Source: Candidatus Eiseniibacteriota bacterium
GTDB lineage: Bacteria > Eisenbacteria > RBG-16-71-46 > CAVPCR01
Assembly (NCBI GenBank): GCA_963823555.1
Contig: CAWGMA010000001.1
Span: 384,001 to 448,000 of the forward strand
Length of the DNA stretch: 64,000 bases
Direction: 5' to 3'
The translations under genes were made by a program, and so were the position numbers. The notes under the pieces were generated by a model. The model made no database searches and was not told the DNA's origin. It saw only the letters and a program-made list of their open reading frames with translations. Below, piece after piece: positions 61,390 to 64,000 of the stretch (the first letter of the stretch is position 1; the number at the start of each line of letters is the position of its first letter).

Positions 61390-63276
61390 ATGAAGAGGCT
61401 TCCCATCCTTGTGTTTGGACTCGTTGCGGCGCTTCTCTTCGCGGTTGCCGCGGCCTCCGGAAACGAGGACTGCTCGGACGCCATCGACCTCACCGGCATG
61501 CCCCTGCCCCTGACCGTGACCGGGACCACGGCGGGGAAGGCCAACGACTACGGGCCCTTCCCCGACCGCCCCGATTGCTGGCAGGGCGAGCGCTGGCGCT
61601 CGACCTCATGCATCGGAGGCGATGCCACCTACAAATGGACCGCGCCCGCCGCGGGCCTCTACACCTTCTCCACCTGTCACAGCGAGGCCTTCAACACCGA
61701 CATACTGCTCTACGACGACACCTGCCCGGACGAGCCGCGCTACCCCGAGGACTTCATCTGCGGCAACGATGCGCGCTGCCCCTTGAACGCGCTCCTCAAG
61801 GACATCCCGCTCGCCGCCGGCCAGGAAGTCCTCATCGTCGTCGATTCCGGACCGGGAGGGGAGGGCCCCTTCGAGCTCGATATCGCCGAGACCACCGTGC
61901 TCGAAACCGCGATCGAGGTGCTGATGGATGCCCACCGCATCCCCGGGACGGCGGCCACCGTCGTCGGTCCCGAAGGGGTCTCCTGGCGCGGCAACTTCGG
62001 TCTGGCCGACATGGCCACGGCTCGTGCCGTCGACGACTCGACCCTCTTCTACATTGCATCCGTCTCCAAGCCGGTCACCGGGGCGGCGCTCATGCAGCTC
62101 CACGACCGCGGGCTGTTCGCTCTCGACGACGACATCGACGACTACCTGCCCTTCGCGGTCCATCATCCGCTGTTCCCGGACTCGATCATGACCTTCCGCA
62201 TGCTGCTCTCCCACGTGAGCGGCATCGACGACAACTGGGACGTCATGGAATCGGTCATGGTCTGCGACATGGACTCGCCGGTGGCGCTCGGCGACTTCCT
62301 CGCGGAGTACTTCACACCGGGAGGGGCCTTCTACGATCCCGATCTCAACTTCACCGACAGCGCTCCGGGGACCGAGTATCGCTACTCGAACATCGGCGCC
62401 TGCCTGGCCGGGTACCTGGTCGAGTGCATCCTCTCCGCGATCGAGCCCGGGAGCACCCTCGAATCGGCCTGCCAGGAGCATCTCTTCGCGCCGCTGGGCA
62501 TGAACGGGACCTCCTGGTTCCTCTCCGGCGTGGACATGGAACATCTCGCCACGCCCTACCACTACGAGAATGGAGTCCAGAATCCCCTCTGCCAGCTCGG
62601 GATGCCCTGGTATCCCTCGACCACCCTGCACACGAGTGCCAGCGAACTATCGCGCTTCGTAGCCGCCTTCATCCGCGGTGGCGAGCTGGGCGGCGCCCGC
62701 ATTCTCGAGCCGGCGACGGTCGACACGATCCTCACCCTTCACTACCCCGACCTCTACGCCTATGGACTCCTGTGGAGCGGCGAGGACTGGATCGGGCTTC
62801 CGAGCTGGAACCACGGAGGTGTGTTCCTCGGAACCAGGACCTTGATGTGGCTCTTCCCGGAGGAGGATGTGGGTGGCATCGTCCTCACCAACGGCGAGTC
62901 GACCGGCGGCCTGTGGGACATCGCGGAGCGGATCATGACCTACAGCATCGATGCTTCGACCACTGTGGCGGAAGCAGCGATGCCGGATCACGCGGCGCCG
63001 GGTCTACGTCCCGGCTCGCCCAATCCCTCCCGCGGCGCCACCACCATCGGTTACGAGCTTCCCGCGCCCGCGGCGGCGACGATCAAGATCTACGATGCCC
63101 AGGGACGGCTGGTGCGCACGCTACGGGATGGCACCACCATGGAGCCCGCGGGCAGCCATCATGTGCGCTGGGACGGCCGTGACGACAGGGGATACGCAGC
63201 GTCTGCCGGCGTCTACTTCTGTCGTCTGAGCGCGGGTAACACAGACCGCGCCAACAAGATCGTGCTGATTCGCTGA
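61390..63276 (+). CDS. Secreted beta-lactamase-family serine hydrolase with Cys-rich N-terminal domain and FlgD/T9SS-like C-terminal domain
   Basis: Signal peptide; IASVSK (SxxK), LLSHVSG, YRYSN, WNHGG; PNP, IYDAQGRLVR, WDGRD, GVYF. Confidence 0.85.
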   Translation: MKRLPILVFGLVAALLFAVAAASGNEDCSDAIDLTGMPLPLTVTGTTAGKANDYGPFPDRPDCWQGERWRSTSCIGGDATYKWTAPAAGLYTFSTCHSEAFNTDILLYDDTCPDEPRYPEDFICGNDARCPLNALLKDIPLAAGQEVLIVVDSGPGGEGPFELDIAETTVLETAIEVLMDAHRIPGTAATVVGPEGVSWRGNFGLADMATARAVDDSTLFYIASVSKPVTGAALMQLHDRGLFALDDDIDDYLPFAVHHPLFPDSIMTFRMLLSHVSGIDDNWDVMESVMVCDMDSPVALGDFLAEYFTPGGAFYDPDLNFTDSAPGTEYRYSNIGACLAGYLVECILSAIEPGSTLESACQEHLFAPLGMNGTSWFLSGVDMEHLATPYHYENGVQNPLCQLGMPWYPSTTLHTSASELSRFVAAFIRGGELGGARILEPATVDTILTLHYPDLYAYGLLWSGEDWIGLPSWNHGGVFLGTRTLMWLFPEEDVGGIVLTNGESTGGLWDIAERIMTYSIDASTTVAEAAMPDHAAPGLRPGSPNPSRGATTIGYELPAPAAATIKIYDAQGRLVRTLRDGTTMEPAGSHHVRWDGRDDRGYAASAGVYFCRLSAGNTDRANKIVLIR

Positions 63277-63281
63277 TCTTC

Positions 63282-63310
63282 TTGACGGGGCAGCCGCGCT
63301 CAGGGATACT
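63282..63310 (+). promoter_or_regulatory. Putative sigma70 promoter TTGACG-17-GATACT
   Basis: 17-bp spacing, upstream of ATG 63385. Confidence 0.45.
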
Positions 63311-63384
63311 CCTTCGCCACGCAGCGCCATGTGCTGCGCGTCGCCCCTTCAACCATTGAATTCCAAGTCAATAGGAGTTGCCCC

Positions 63385-64000
63385 ATGACCCTCAGTGCAT
63401 CGACAAGCCGCCGGTTGCTTGCCCTCGCAGCCGTGATGCTCTTTGCCTCCGCGACCGTAGCCCTGGCCGCCGACGCCACGGGCTCCTCGACGGCGACCAG
63501 CCTCAAGGAATGGCTCAAGCTCTCCGACGACCAGGTCGAGAAGCTCAGGCCGATCATCAAGGATCGCGTGATCAAGGGGGATGCCGCCCTCGACAAGCTC
63601 GAGGCCGGCAACCCGCCGAACATCAACGCCTACCTCGAAGAGCGCAAGGAGATCAAGGACGAGTTCCAGGCGAAGGCGAAGGAGATCCTCACGCCGGAGC
63701 AGCAGAAGCAGATGCAGGAGCTCCGGGTCGAGATCGAGAAGGCCTTCGTCCAGGAGTCGGCCGCCAAGAGCCTCAGCGACATGCAGGTGGCGCTCAACCT
63801 CAGTGATGAGCAAGTGAAGAAGATCGAGCCCGCCGTGACCTCGTCGACCCAGGGCACGCTCGACCTGCTCCAGGAGCTCGGTGCCAAGGGCAAGCTCGAG
63901 AAGTCCGATATCGATGCCGCGACGGCGGCTCTCGACAAGATCGGTGTCGATCTCGACAAGGCGGTCACCGGCGTCCTGACGCCGGATCAGCTCGAGACCT
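63385..64000 (+). CDS. Exported helical LTxxQ-motif (Spy/CpxP-like) protein, 3'-truncated
   Basis: AGGAG RBS; signal peptide MTLSASTSRRLLALAAVML; LSDDQ, LTPEQ, LSDEQ, LTPDQ; absent from the ORF track because it runs off the window. Confidence 0.75.
   Translation, partial: MTLSASTSRRLLALAAVMLFASATVALAADATGSSTATSLKEWLKLSDDQVEKLRPIIKDRVIKGDAALDKLEAGNPPNINAYLEERKEIKDEFQAKAKEILTPEQQKQMQELRVEIEKAFVQESAAKSLSDMQVALNLSDEQVKKIEPAVTSSTQGTLDLLQELGAKGKLEKSDIDAATAALDKIGVDLDKAVTGVLTPDQLET

Overview
Very GC-rich bacterial chromosomal window. Gene content (PorX-type REC-PglZ regulator next to tsaE, FlgD/T9SS-like C-terminal domains, a 'TWGxIKAL' C-terminal motif, FCB-style TonB-dependent receptors) suggests an FCB-superphylum candidate lineage such as Eisenbacteria, Krumholzibacteriota or Latescibacterota; this is inference. 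Bases 1-45 kb are mostly housekeeping: carB-TPR-pyrK-pyrD-pyrF, a nucleotide-sugar/surface-glycan cluster, serS, histidine kinase-porX-tsaE-tsaB-rimI-accD-folC, ROK kinase, a very long LptD, HU, cystathionine beta-synthase and gamma-lyase, pcm, acyP, ligA and archease. Bases 45-64 kb are accessory secreted and envelope genes. Highlights: (1) a gene the ORF track splits in two is probably one exported UshA-like selenoprotein (PCG-UGA-H, with a SECIS-like hairpin), directly upstream of the transsulfuration genes; (2) a translationally coupled five-gene operon (secreted CTD protein, lipoproteins, TonB-dependent receptor, FGE-domain lipoprotein) followed by tldD/tldE; (3) a Cyc2-like monoheme cytochrome-porin; (4) dense D-S-[A/L] arrays matching the Bacteroidetes O-glycosylation sequon; (5) stacked sigma28/sigma54/sigma70-like promoters. 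pyrF (1 frameshift) and tldE (6 frameshifts) look like sequencing indels. I saw no tRNA, rRNA, CRISPR array or mobile element. All calls come from motif recognition by eye; no searches were run.
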